A DNA stretch of 64,000 nucleotides from contig NZ_JAVZIN010000003.1 of assembly GCF_038871235.1 (NCBI RefSeq), forward strand, positions 1 through 64,000, given 5' to 3'. The stretch comes from Candidatus Hadarchaeum sp. (GTDB lineage Archaea > Hadarchaeota > Hadarchaeia > Hadarchaeales > Hadarchaeaceae). The translations under genes and the position numbers were made by a program. The notes beneath the pieces are model-generated. The model ran no database searches and was not told where the DNA came from. It was given only the letters and a program-made list of their open reading frames with translations. Every line of letters starts with the position of its first letter. The stretch's first letter is position 1. Positions 1-9,825 of the stretch are shown in pieces.

Positions 1-1
1 C

Positions 2-1297
2 TTCCCCAACCTGAAGCGGGTGATCAAGGAGTACGACATCAGGTTCGATCCGGAGCAGATCGTCTTCTCCGACGACTCCCTGGCCGACGACCTCTGGAAA
101 GCCGCTTGGGATTTCTACTTGTCTGTTGGTAGCTACTGTACGAGCACTTACCGCAGGATTCTTTTTACTGAAAGGGAAATCAAGGAAGCCATGTCTTGTT
201 ACGTTGAAGAAGTGTATGTAGGTGAGGGTAAAGATCGAAGAAGGTGGACCCCTAGAAAGGTTGAGGATACAAAGCTGCCAGGTTGCGGATTTACTCCTGT
301 GGGCGTAAGATGCGACGAAGATTTGTTTATTCCGTATGTCATGGCTTATGTCATGGAGCCGCTGGCCGATGCCGTTTCCACACCAGTGCTTGAAGACATT
401 GAAGGTTTGGAAATAAAAACAGGTGCCCCTTCAGAAATCCGAGGGGCCGTGGTACATGCGATGTTGGCAAGACAGGCGGCCAGACGGGCTGGCAGGCCAG
501 GAATTGCCATCACGCTTACAGGGACAGCTTTGTTGGCAGCAGCTCAAATTGCGACTAGCGTCCCTGAGTGGGGATGCAAGCCCACTGATATAAGATGGAC
601 ACCAATTCTGAGCGAGTTAAAGATTGGTAATGATGAACTTGATAAAATGATTCACTTCCACCAGAATGGCTATGTGGCTGGATGTCTAGTAGGACCGATA
701 GTCGGAGGCTATGCGGGACCAGAAGGTACTGCCATCATCGCCATTGCCTCCCACATCATGGGGCTTGTAGTCAACCAAGGCTACATCACCTGCAACTTCC
801 CATTCGAGATAAAGAACTTCTCAACGACCACGAAGGAATGCTTGTGGACAGTCAGTGCTATTTATCAAGCATTGGCTAGGAACACCAGATTTATCACTTT
901 ATCCAACGGTTTTGCTGCAGCTGGTCCATGTACCGATATGGTTCTTTACGAGACAGCCGCCCACGGAATCACCAGCGCGGTTTCTGGAGCGAGCGTTCTC
1001 TGGGAGTCTGCGGTTGCTTCGAACAAATACAAGGAAAGGGCCACGCCGATGGAAGCAAGAATGGCGTGTGAATCAGGATTAGCCGTGGTAAAGTCACATA
1101 TGAAGCGTGAAGACGTTAACGAGATCGTCAAGGAACTTTTGAAGAGGTATGAAAGTAGAATAAGCTCACCACCGCTGGGCAAGACCTTCCGAGAATGCTA
1201 CGATGTTGAGAAGAAGAAACCAACGCAGGAGTACGTGGAGCTTTACGAGAAGATTAGAAAAGAGCTACAGGACTTGGGCATCGAATACGAGTACTGA
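2..1297 (+). CDS. mtmB: Monomethylamine:corrinoid methyltransferase (MtmB) family protein, non-pyrrolysine; 5'-partial
   Basis: Frame is open from the window edge (FPNLKRVIKEYDI). MtmB motifs GRPG, ELKI, PIVGGYAG, AGPCTDM, TPMEARM, GKTFRECYDV. No in-frame TAG; the Pyl position is Thr (ACG, 512-514). Confidence 0.9.
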   Translation, partial: FPNLKRVIKEYDIRFDPEQIVFSDDSLADDLWKAAWDFYLSVGSYCTSTYRRILFTEREIKEAMSCYVEEVYVGEGKDRRRWTPRKVEDTKLPGCGFTPVGVRCDEDLFIPYVMAYVMEPLADAVSTPVLEDIEGLEIKTGAPSEIRGAVVHAMLARQAARRAGRPGIAITLTGTALLAAAQIATSVPEWGCKPTDIRWTPILSELKIGNDELDKMIHFHQNGYVAGCLVGPIVGGYAGPEGTAIIAIASHIMGLVVNQGYITCNFPFEIKNFSTTTKECLWTVSAIYQALARNTRFITLSNGFAAAGPCTDMVLYETAAHGITSAVSGASVLWESAVASNKYKERATPMEARMACESGLAVVKSHMKREDVNEIVKELLKRYESRISSPPLGKTFRECYDVEKKKPTQEYVELYEKIRKELQDLGIEYEY

Positions 1298-1386
1298 TCT
1301 TTGGTTCCGGCCGCGGCTGAAGCCATTTAGGGCCCTTATTTGGGACCAATATTTTTATCCACCTAAGCAAATGTAGTTGGGGTAAA

Positions 1387-2313
1387 ATGGTTGAACCTAT
1401 AGTCGTCGACGGCATAGTTTACGCTGCTCTTTTGGCCTGTATGACGATTGGTTTTACCCTAATCCTAATGTCTACGAAGATTTGGAACTTTGCCTACGGG
1501 TCTATGGCGACTACTGGGGCATATATTTCTTTGACCGCCGCTGAGGTTTGGAAACTATCTATTTACAGCCAATTGGTAACTGCCTTTGTCCTCTCTGGAC
1601 TCATATCATTTGCCTTGTATCGGTTCTTAGTCAGACCTCTGAGCCTAAGAGGCATCTCGCTCGATGGACTATTTGTGCTGACTTTTGCGTTTAATTTCGT
1701 TCTCTTAGGTTTTTTAAACATCTATGCAGATTATTTGACGAATGTTTTCAAACTGCGTGCGAGGTTGTTCTTCCTTAGAGGGGCAGACATACAGATCTTC
1801 GGAACCCCAGGCGTGGTAATAATTTCTCCGTTGCTGGCGGTAGCTATAATCATAATTTTGCATCTTTTCTTGACCAGAACAAAGTTCGGCACAGCCATGC
1901 GGGCGACCATTGAGAACCCTCCTCTTGCAGGCAGCGTGGGCGTGAATGTTAACTTAGTCTACTCAACAGCTTGGTTTCTAGCTGGTGGACTCGCGGGTTT
2001 AGCTGGCGCGCTGCTTCCACTTTGGATTTTGTGTTATCCAAATATCGGGGACGTGATCATGTTAAGCGTTTTCGCTGCCAGTATACTCGGTGGTATCCAC
2101 AGCATCTATGGTGCGTTGTTGGGCGGCTTTATCGCAGGATTGGCTGAGATCTGGGGGACATCAGCTCTGGCCGGAGTGCTCGGCTCGGCAGTAATTCAGT
2201 ACCGGCCCCTCATCCCGCTGATCATAGTGGTCGTCTTCTTCCTAACCGCACCTGAGGGAATAACAGGAATCGAATGGCGTGGGAAGCTGACTAAGAGAAT
2301 AAGAAAAGTTTAG
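1387..2313 (+). CDS. livH: Branched-chain amino acid ABC permease (LivH-like)
   Basis: Polytopic membrane protein with NFAYG, RTKFGTAMRA..ENP.LA..VGVN and FAASILGG..SIYGALLGG. Confidence 0.88.
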   Translation: MVEPIVVDGIVYAALLACMTIGFTLILMSTKIWNFAYGSMATTGAYISLTAAEVWKLSIYSQLVTAFVLSGLISFALYRFLVRPLSLRGISLDGLFVLTFAFNFVLLGFLNIYADYLTNVFKLRARLFFLRGADIQIFGTPGVVIISPLLAVAIIIILHLFLTRTKFGTAMRATIENPPLAGSVGVNVNLVYSTAWFLAGGLAGLAGALLPLWILCYPNIGDVIMLSVFAASILGGIHSIYGALLGGFIAGLAEIWGTSALAGVLGSAVIQYRPLIPLIIVVVFFLTAPEGITGIEWRGKLTKRIRKV

Positions 2314-2335
2314 TTCAATTTGTTGGCTCGTTGGT

Positions 2336-3505
2336 TTATTTTTCCTGAAGAGTTTCAACGATTCTTGATATTCCCGTCACTACTTGTTCATACGGCGCTG
2401 AGTAGGAAATTCTGAGATGTCCTCTGCCGCTCTCACCGAATCCCGAACCGGGGGCAGTGCAAACGTGCGTTTTATTTAGGAGTTCCTTGGCAAGATTTTC
2501 ATCGTTTTTTCCCCACCTTGAAAAATCAGGGAATACATAAAAGGCGCCCTTTGGTCTGACGTAAGAAATTCCAGGAAGTTTTTCTAACTCTTTGAGCACA
2601 GCTTTTCTTCTTCGTTCGTATTCTTGGCGCATTTTTTCCACGCAATCCTGTGGCCCGGTCAAGGCGGCCAGAGCTGCTTTTTGAGCTACGGAGCTGGGGC
2701 AGAGGACTAAATAATAATGTAGCTTGTTTATTTCTCTCGCCAACGCGCCTTTAGCCGCGGCATATCCTATTCTCCACCCAGTCATGGCGTAGGCCTTGGA
2801 GAATCCGTTTACGGTTATAGTTCTGTCCTCGGCGCCTGGGAGTGAACCAATGCTTATATGTTTGGCATTATCATAAGTCAGCTTTTCATAGATCTCATCG
2901 GAAAATATCAACAGGTCATGTTTTTTGGCCACCTCCACGATTATTTCTAAGTCCTCCCTGGTAAAGACATGACCTGTTGGGTTGCTGGGGCTGCATATCC
3001 AGATTAGTTTTGTTCTTGAGTCAATTCTTTTTTCCAGTTCCTCTTGGTTCACTCGATAGTTTTCTTCTTCATTTAAGGGTACTGGCACCGGTACCGCGCC
3101 CGCTATTAATGTGTCCTCAAAGTAGGCAGGATAGTAAGGCTCCAGTACCAATGCCCTGTCCCCCGGGTTCAGAAAGGCCAATGCAGCGATTGCCATCGTC
3201 TCCTGAGTGCCAGAAACTATCACGACTTCGGTTTTTGGATCCACATCAATGCCGTTTTCCCGCGATAGCTTCTCGCTCACGGCTTCTCTCAGTTCCAACA
3301 TTCCTTGCGTCTGTGTATAGTGGGTATAACCCTCATCCATCGCTTTTTTTGCGGCATCCAGTATATGCTTGGGCGTGATGAAATCAGGTTCTCCTTGCTC
3401 CAGATGAATGACGTCTTTCATGCCAGCGCTTAGGTCGATCATTCTTCTGATGGCGGACGGTTTGATAAACTTAAGCCTCTCTGCCGATAAATTTTCGTTT
3501 TTCAT
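2336..3505 (-). CDS. PLP-dependent class I aminotransferase (Asp/aromatic type)
   Basis: GEPDF, SPSNPTG, SDEIYE, GFSKAYAMTGWRIG (PLP Lys), GAFY. Confidence 0.92.
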   Translation of the reverse strand: MKNENLSAERLKFIKPSAIRRMIDLSAGMKDVIHLEQGEPDFITPKHILDAAKKAMDEGYTHYTQTQGMLELREAVSEKLSRENGIDVDPKTEVVIVSGTQETMAIAALAFLNPGDRALVLEPYYPAYFEDTLIAGAVPVPVPLNEEENYRVNQEELEKRIDSRTKLIWICSPSNPTGHVFTREDLEIIVEVAKKHDLLIFSDEIYEKLTYDNAKHISIGSLPGAEDRTITVNGFSKAYAMTGWRIGYAAAKGALAREINKLHYYLVLCPSSVAQKAALAALTGPQDCVEKMRQEYERRRKAVLKELEKLPGISYVRPKGAFYVFPDFSRWGKNDENLAKELLNKTHVCTAPGSGFGESGRGHLRISYSAPYEQVVTGISRIVETLQEK

Positions 3506-3652
3506 AAATATCCACGTTCAACTAAATTTTTTAGTTTATATTTCTTTAGATTTCAAAATTTTTTACATTATCTCAAATTTTATTGTTTGCAAGATTTCCT
3601 TAAAAATGGATAAAGGTTAAATAATTCACTGTTTAATTAAAAAAGAAAAACA

Positions 3653-4681
3653 ATGGCCGCCATTGACTTCTTGCTGGACATGTTGGCGACAGTCGGCGTT
3701 TTTTTAATATTAACTTTAAGTTTAAATCTGGACGCAGGTTATTGCGGGATTCCTAATTTTGGCAAAGTTTTGGCCATGATCGCAGGTGCCTTTGTTGTGG
3801 CGTTTTTCCCAGGCAGAATCCTAGCTTCAATTTTAGGTCTAAGCGGCGATTTTGTTGTGGATAATGCCTCCATGATATTTCAAATAAATAACTTTCTTGC
3901 TTCAGACATTCTAATTAGCGTGGCGCTGTTTATCGCTACAATAATCGTTGCTGTTGGGTTTGGCATGTTGGTGGGTTATGTTTCGACTCGCCCAGCGGTT
4001 AAAATAGGAAGCGGCCCGTTAGCGATCATGTTGTTAGCGATGGGGGAAGGGATGAGAGTGATCGGCATTAACTACGCTCCATTGGCCGGTGGAAGCATAG
4101 GTATTTCAGCTCCTGATGTTTTCGCATGGGCGGGCGGGGATAGATTTGTTGTTGCGTCTGTCGTATTGTTTGCTTTTTCTGTCGCCATTTTCTTTTATAT
4201 CAACCGTTTAACCAATGCACCACTAGGTAGAATGCTGAGGGCCGTCAGAGACAACGAGATCGCTGCTGAGTCTCTCGGGATAAATATCGTAAGCGTGAAA
4301 CTTAAGACAATGATGATTTCATCAGCAATTGCTGCCATTGCCGGAGCCCTATATGCCTTTTACTCCGGGGCTGTTATCAGCACCGCCTACACGCGAGCTT
4401 CATGGACATTTATACCTTGGGCCATGATGTTACTAGGTGGGTCGGCCAACAACGTAGGTGTGGTTGGTGGTGTCTTTACTTTTGTCTTTCTTCGAAAAAT
4501 AATAGTCATGTATAAAACAGAATTAGGCCCATATCTTCCTTTCGATGTTTTGTGGCTTGAACTTATACTTTACGGGGTTATGGTTATCTTGATACTTCTA
4601 TACAGACCCGAGGGTTTAATACCTGAGAAAAGGACAAAAACCTTAGACCTAGGCACGATAAAAAAGCTGCAGAAGGCTTAA
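3653..4681 (+). CDS. livM: Branched-chain amino acid ABC permease (LivM-like)
   Basis: SLNLDAGYCGIPNFG, GRMLRAVRDNEIAAESLGIN, RPEGLIPE. Confidence 0.88.
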   Translation: MAAIDFLLDMLATVGVFLILTLSLNLDAGYCGIPNFGKVLAMIAGAFVVAFFPGRILASILGLSGDFVVDNASMIFQINNFLASDILISVALFIATIIVAVGFGMLVGYVSTRPAVKIGSGPLAIMLLAMGEGMRVIGINYAPLAGGSIGISAPDVFAWAGGDRFVVASVVLFAFSVAIFFYINRLTNAPLGRMLRAVRDNEIAAESLGINIVSVKLKTMMISSAIAAIAGALYAFYSGAVISTAYTRASWTFIPWAMMLLGGSANNVGVVGGVFTFVFLRKIIVMYKTELGPYLPFDVLWLELILYGVMVILILLYRPEGLIPEKRTKTLDLGTIKKLQKA

Positions 4682-5391
4682 CCACCTTTTTTTATTCCGA
4701 GGTAGACCTTGCCGAGTTCGGGGTGTGCTAATAGATTCTTTGCGCTACCCTTGTAGGCCACTTTTCCGCTAGTCATAAGTATCGCGTCGTCGGCTAGTTG
4801 TAGCGCCTTTTTCGCCGCCTGCTCGATTAGGACGATTGTGATTCCCTTTTCATGGAGTTCTAAAATCTTCTTCAATACTTCATTTGCCGCCTTTGGTGAG
4901 AGGCTGGCCACGGGCTCGTCAAACAAGATCATCTCTGGCTTTCTCATCATCGCCATGGCCATGGCCACCATTTGTCTTTCGCCACCACTAAGAAACCCGC
5001 ATTTCTTTCCCAAGTATTTTTTCACAATCGGAAATTCCTCTATGGTTTCTGCGATGCGTTTTTTGGTATCTTCCTTAGACAGCGTGTAACCAGCCAACAT
5101 CAGGTTCTCTTCCACAGTTAGGTTACCAAAGACATTTCCCGTCTGGGGTAGGTATGAGATGCCTCGTTTGGTCACAAGGTGGGTTGGTAAATGGGTAATG
5201 TCTTCATCCTTGAAAAGTATTTTGCCGGAGTATACCTTGGTTAGCCCCATTATTGACTTAATCAATGTACTTTTGCCGCTGCCGTTTGGTCCCACGATGG
5301 TAACAATTTTGCCCTTCTTTATGTTCACATCGACATCAAAAAGCACTTGAAATTTTCCATAGCCAGCGTTCAATCCATTGATTGTTATCAT
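4678..5391 (-). CDS. livF: ABC ATPase (LivF-like)
   Basis: Walker A GPNGSGKS, LSGGERQM, LFDEP, LTVEENL, YLG at C-terminus. Confidence 0.92.
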   Translation of the reverse strand: MITINGLNAGYGKFQVLFDVDVNIKKGKIVTIVGPNGSGKSTLIKSIMGLTKVYSGKILFKDEDITHLPTHLVTKRGISYLPQTGNVFGNLTVEENLMLAGYTLSKEDTKKRIAETIEEFPIVKKYLGKKCGFLSGGERQMVAMAMAMMRKPEMILFDEPVASLSPKAANEVLKKILELHEKGITIVLIEQAAKKALQLADDAILMTSGKVAYKGSAKNLLAHPELGKVYLGIKKGG

Positions 5392-6159
5392 CTACTCACC
5401 TAGGTAGCTTTCAATTACTTTTTCATCGTTAAGAACTTCTTTAGGCTTACCCTCTGAGATAATGTTTCCTCTGTCCATGGCATAGACGTAATCGACATAT
5501 GGCAGAACTGGCTCCAACCTGTGCTCGATGATTAAAAAGGTTATTCCCATCTTCTTTTTCAAGTCAACAAAATGCCTGAACATCTTGTCGATCAAGCTAG
5601 GGAACACACCAGCGGCCGGCTCGTCCATCAGTATCATTTTAGCCCCACTCATCAAAGCTCTGGCCGTTTCAAGAAGCTTCATCTGTCCACCGCTAAGTTC
5701 TGAAGCTTTCTTATCCCACATGTGCGATAGACCAACCGTGTTGAGGATTTCAAAGGCTCTTTCCGTGGCCTCCTTTTCCTCATTTATCCATGTTTTTTTC
5801 ACGCAGGCCTTAAGGAAATTTGTCCCAGGGTTCTCCTTGCAAGCGGCGAGCACATTTTCCAGAACCGTCAGCTTAGTGAACAGCTGGGGGATTTGAAATG
5901 TTCGCACTAAACCCTGTCTGCAAACCTCATCGGCACGGCATTTGGTGATATCTTTGCCGTTGAAAATTACCCTACCTTCATCAGGCCTGTAAATACCGGA
6001 AACAACGTTTATTAAAGTGGTTTTGCCGCTGCCGTTTGGTCCAATTAGCATCACAAGCAGTTGTTTTTTAACCTTCATGTTCACGTTGTCAAGAGCAACT
6101 AAACCGCCAAAAGTCTTCCTGATCCCCTCGATAACTAGCAAATCTTCTTTTGTCATCAT
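5392..6159 (-). CDS. livG: ABC ATPase (LivG-like)
   Basis: FGGLVAL, GPNGSGKTT, RTFQ, LSGGQ, MDEPAAG, IEH, VIESYLG. Confidence 0.92.
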   Translation of the reverse strand: MMTKEDLLVIEGIRKTFGGLVALDNVNMKVKKQLLVMLIGPNGSGKTTLINVVSGIYRPDEGRVIFNGKDITKCRADEVCRQGLVRTFQIPQLFTKLTVLENVLAACKENPGTNFLKACVKKTWINEEKEATERAFEILNTVGLSHMWDKKASELSGGQMKLLETARALMSGAKMILMDEPAAGVFPSLIDKMFRHFVDLKKKMGITFLIIEHRLEPVLPYVDYVYAMDRGNIISEGKPKEVLNDEKVIESYLGE

Positions 6160-6291
6160 TATTTTTTCATAGATGCTTTTTATAACCTTTGTGGAGAAGT
6201 GGGCTTCTTAATTTTAAATATTCACCAGATGGTTCACAAAACCGAAGCAGCAAATATAAATGCTTTAAATTAATGTAGGTGTGGTGATAGC

Positions 6292-7317
6292 TTGCATAAA
6301 TTTAAGGCGGTAATAGAGCACGCCACGTTTCATGACATAGCTATGGAACGTGAAACTTTGGGGAGGATGGGAGTTGAGGTTGTTGATATCGTTGAAACTG
6401 GTGCGGACATCAGAAAGGAGGCAGTGGACGCCGATGCCATTATGATTGAAACTGAAACCATTGACAGGGACATCATTTACTCCACGAAAAAATGCAAGAT
6501 TATCGCCGTCTACGCAACTGGCTATGATAATATCGACGTGAAAGCCGCAACTGAAAAAGGCATCTTTGTGACCAACGCAGGAAATTATTGTTCTGAAGAA
6601 GTTCAGGATCATACTTTGGCCCTGATCATGGCGAGCGTGCGAAAGTTATTCATGTATTCCCAAGCAGTGAAATCCGGAAACTGGGAGCAGAAGTTGGGCA
6701 GACCGGTTCGGAGTTTGCTGGACCTGAAGGACTTGGGTGTGCCGATTAAAGGGATTCCGGACACAACTCTGGGAATATTTGGTTTCGGCCGCATCGGTCG
6801 AGGACTATGTAGAAAAGCGAGATGCATAGGATTTAAAGTAATCGCACACGATCCTCTTGTTCCTGAAGATCAAATAATTAAAGAGGGAGCCACGCCAGTG
6901 AGCTTCGAAGAACTACTGGAGAAATCAGATGTAATTTCAATTCATGCCCCCCTGACTGAGGAAACTAGGCACAAATTCTCCTATAATGAGTTCAAGAAAA
7001 TGAAGAAGACTGCTATCCTAGTGAATGCCAGCCGTGGGGCTATCTTGGATGAAGCGGCCCTAATAAAAGCCTTGAAAGAGGGGGAAATTCAAGCAGCTGC
7101 ACTGGATGTTTTGGCGGAGGAGAACCCGCCCTCCGAGGACAACCCACTCTTCAAATTAGACAACGTGATCGTTACACCACATTGCGCCTTTTACTCGGAG
7201 AGATCCCAGATGGAGCTTCGGAGAAGAATTTTGAACCAGGCAATGCAGGCGCTAAGGGGGGAAGTCCCCGATAATCTTGTCAACAGGGAAGTCCTCGCCA
7301 AGCTCGGTGTAAAATGA
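6292..7317 (+). CDS. D-isomer-specific 2-hydroxyacid dehydrogenase (CtBP/SerA-like)
   Basis: GYDNIDV, GFGRIG, HAPLT, NASRG, LDVLAEE, TPHCAFYS. TTG start after a GGTGA RBS. Confidence 0.92.
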   Translation: MHKFKAVIEHATFHDIAMERETLGRMGVEVVDIVETGADIRKEAVDADAIMIETETIDRDIIYSTKKCKIIAVYATGYDNIDVKAATEKGIFVTNAGNYCSEEVQDHTLALIMASVRKLFMYSQAVKSGNWEQKLGRPVRSLLDLKDLGVPIKGIPDTTLGIFGFGRIGRGLCRKARCIGFKVIAHDPLVPEDQIIKEGATPVSFEELLEKSDVISIHAPLTEETRHKFSYNEFKKMKKTAILVNASRGAILDEAALIKALKEGEIQAAALDVLAEENPPSEDNPLFKLDNVIVTPHCAFYSERSQMELRRRILNQAMQALRGEVPDNLVNREVLAKLGVK

Positions 7318-7371
7318 TTGAGGTATAGAACAAATATACTTTCATAGAAGAAGTTTGTTTATATGGTGTGA

Positions 7372-8361
7372 ATGATAGATCTAGCCATAGCAGATTTAAA
7401 GTTCCCTCCACCTGGCATTGTGATAAGGGAGCTGATGCGAGAGATCTCAAAGATAAATTATTATCCATCTGGGGACTATTTGGAAATCAAGCAGGCTTTT
7501 TGCGATTATTTAAGACCCGACGTTTCGTTGGGTCCTGAAAACTTGGTGTTTGGTAATGGGTTGGATGAGATAATTGACCTTGTCACTAGAGTTTGGGGTG
7601 GCGTGAACTTAATTCCAGCTCCGACCTTCAGCCAATACTCAATGGCCGCTGCGAGATCTGGTCATAGAGAGATAAGCTCGAACATGTTACATCAAGGGAA
7701 GTATGATCTAGATTTTGATGAGGCTGATCTAAGGAAAGCTAGTTTAGTTTGGATATGCAACCCGAACAACCCTACCGGAGATTTGATCTCGCGCAAGAAA
7801 ATTGAGCAGGTTATTAATAGCGCTAGGGGCATGGTGGCGGTTGACGAGTGTTATTATGAATACACTGAAAAAACTGTTGTTGATTTGATAAAAGATTGCG
7901 AAAATCTGATTGTTTTAAGGAGCTTCTCGAAGAATTTCGGCATTGCTGGTTTGAGGCTGGGCGTGGCGATATCAAGTCCGAAGAATATCATGAAAATAGA
8001 GAGGATTAGGCAACCTTTCAATGTGAATCGGCTGGCCGAGAAAGCTGGCGTGATTGTTCTGAGGCATAAAAATGAATACAAAAAAATTTGGCAGAGGGTG
8101 CTGAAAATAGGCAAAAAATTTGCTGCGGAGATCAAAAGAATTGGTTATAGACCGTTCCCAGTTAACGCAAACTTTGTCCTCGTTGATTTTTTGGACGAGA
8201 CCAAAGCTAGTGAGGCCTATCTGAAGTTGAAAGAGGGCGGCATAAAGACTTACCCCGGCTGGAGCGAGGAGGACTTCCAAGGTAGCCTAAATCAACACAT
8301 AAGATTCGCAATCGGTGCCGAAAGGGACATGAATCTAGTTGTGAAAATTTTAAAGAGCTGA
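7372..8361 (+). CDS. HisC/CobD-like class II PLP aminotransferase
   Basis: GNGLDEII, CNPNNPTG, DECYYEY, RSFSKNFGIAGLRLG, ANFVL. Confidence 0.85.
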   Translation: MIDLAIADLKFPPPGIVIRELMREISKINYYPSGDYLEIKQAFCDYLRPDVSLGPENLVFGNGLDEIIDLVTRVWGGVNLIPAPTFSQYSMAAARSGHREISSNMLHQGKYDLDFDEADLRKASLVWICNPNNPTGDLISRKKIEQVINSARGMVAVDECYYEYTEKTVVDLIKDCENLIVLRSFSKNFGIAGLRLGVAISSPKNIMKIERIRQPFNVNRLAEKAGVIVLRHKNEYKKIWQRVLKIGKKFAAEIKRIGYRPFPVNANFVLVDFLDETKASEAYLKLKEGGIKTYPGWSEEDFQGSLNQHIRFAIGAERDMNLVVKILKS

Positions 8362-9591
8362 AAATTGGGTTTTCAAATTTTGTTCTTTTCTAAGTAATAA
8401 AGAGAATATGACCGCAAGGGCACAAATGGTTCCGCTAAGCAAAAAAGCTAAATCGTAATTTTTAATGCTATCAAAGATTAACCCGCCTAAATAAGGCCCG
8501 ATCAAGCCGCCTAGTCCAACTCCGGAGTCAAAAGTACCCAAGATTGATCCGATGTGTTTTGTTCCAAAAAATCCCCTTACTATAATTGGGTAAATTGCTA
8601 TCCAACCACCGAAACCAATACCCATCAGCGTCATCGCCAGGTAGATCGTACAGATATCTTCAGATTTGAAGAGTAAAAAGGTCGAGATTGATTGGAGCGC
8701 GAGGAAGAGCGTAAAAAGGTTCACTGTACCTAACCTGTCCGATGCCATGCCGCCGAGGATTCTGGCCAGCATACTGCAGATCCCAAGCAGGGTTAAGGAT
8801 GTGCTCGCCGTTATCTCATTGATGCCGATCCCTATGGCATGGGGTACCACGTGTACAGTAACCAGAAAGAGCGATATGTGGGTAAAGACCATTACAAGGT
8901 AGATGTACCAGAATGGTTTTTTTCTTGTTGCAGTTCTCAGGTTATATTCAACAATAATTTTATTTTCAGTTCTGTCTGCTCCATAGGGAATTAACCCAAG
9001 CGTCTTTGGCTCGTGCCTGATTAAAAAACTGGAAACTGAAAGAAGTAAAAAGACGATAGCACCAAGTATCAGAAATGTTGTTCTCCACCCGAAATTCTCG
9101 ATTAATATGCCGATAACTGGGGGAAATAAAGCCATTCCGCCGCTGAGGGCCGAGACGGCAAAGCCGGTGGCCATTCCCTTTCCCTTTTCAAACCATCTAG
9201 CAATTGCGGACACAGGCGGTACATATAGGGCACTGATGCCGAAACCGGCGATTCCAATGCAGATGCAAAATTCAACGAGCGACGATACCCGGCTGGAGAG
9301 CAGGAGACCTCCACCGGTGAGAACAGCCCCAATCGCTACCACTTTTCTCACCCCGTAAAGGTCGCTCATCCTCCCAAGCGGTAATGACATGGTTGACAGC
9401 AGGATGGAGATGGAAAAGGCCAAGGAGATGCTGGCCCTTGACCATCCGAACTCCTGTGTCAGCGGTTTAACGAAGACACCATAGCTGTAGATCAAACCGA
9501 CGACTAGCATCGAGAGGAAAGAGGCTAGAACCACAATCCAACCATAGAAGAGCTTTTTTTCTTCGGGTGCTATTCTATCCAAAGTTGACAT
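8350..9591 (-). CDS. MFS transporter (OFA/MCT-like)
   Basis: FYGWIVV, FGWSRA, GRMSDLYG, RWFEKGKGMATG, FGWRTTF; about 12 TM segments. Confidence 0.9.
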   Translation of the reverse strand: MSTLDRIAPEEKKLFYGWIVVLASFLSMLVVGLIYSYGVFVKPLTQEFGWSRASISLAFSISILLSTMSLPLGRMSDLYGVRKVVAIGAVLTGGGLLLSSRVSSLVEFCICIGIAGFGISALYVPPVSAIARWFEKGKGMATGFAVSALSGGMALFPPVIGILIENFGWRTTFLILGAIVFLLLSVSSFLIRHEPKTLGLIPYGADRTENKIIVEYNLRTATRKKPFWYIYLVMVFTHISLFLVTVHVVPHAIGIGINEITASTSLTLLGICSMLARILGGMASDRLGTVNLFTLFLALQSISTFLLFKSEDICTIYLAMTLMGIGFGGWIAIYPIIVRGFFGTKHIGSILGTFDSGVGLGGLIGPYLGGLIFDSIKNYDLAFLLSGTICALAVIFSLLLRKEQNLKTQFSAL

Positions 9592-9638
9592 CTCAAAACC
9601 TTCCGAATATAATGTTCATCCTTAGTCTGTTTTTACTT

Positions 9639-9778
9639 ACCGGAGCGCTTTTTGGTTTTTGGATTAGTTTCGAGTCCGCCAGCTCCGGTTGAATTATCTC
9701 GTTGGTTTACTAACTATGCTGATAGCGTTGTAGCCAAAATTTTTGAATAGTTTTGGCTTTGGTTTAGTGCTATCGGCA
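9639..9778 (+). other. Two tandem hairpins (possible structured RNA)
   Basis: ACCGGAGC/GCTCCGGT (9639-46/9682-89); 14-bp stem 9717-30/9765-78; 10-bp stem 9732-41/9749-58. All non-WC pairs are G-U on the + strand. Confidence 0.45.
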
Positions 9779-9825
9779 AAATTGAAAACTACTTGTCCAG
9801 AGCACTTGGTTTGAGGAGTGAGCGA

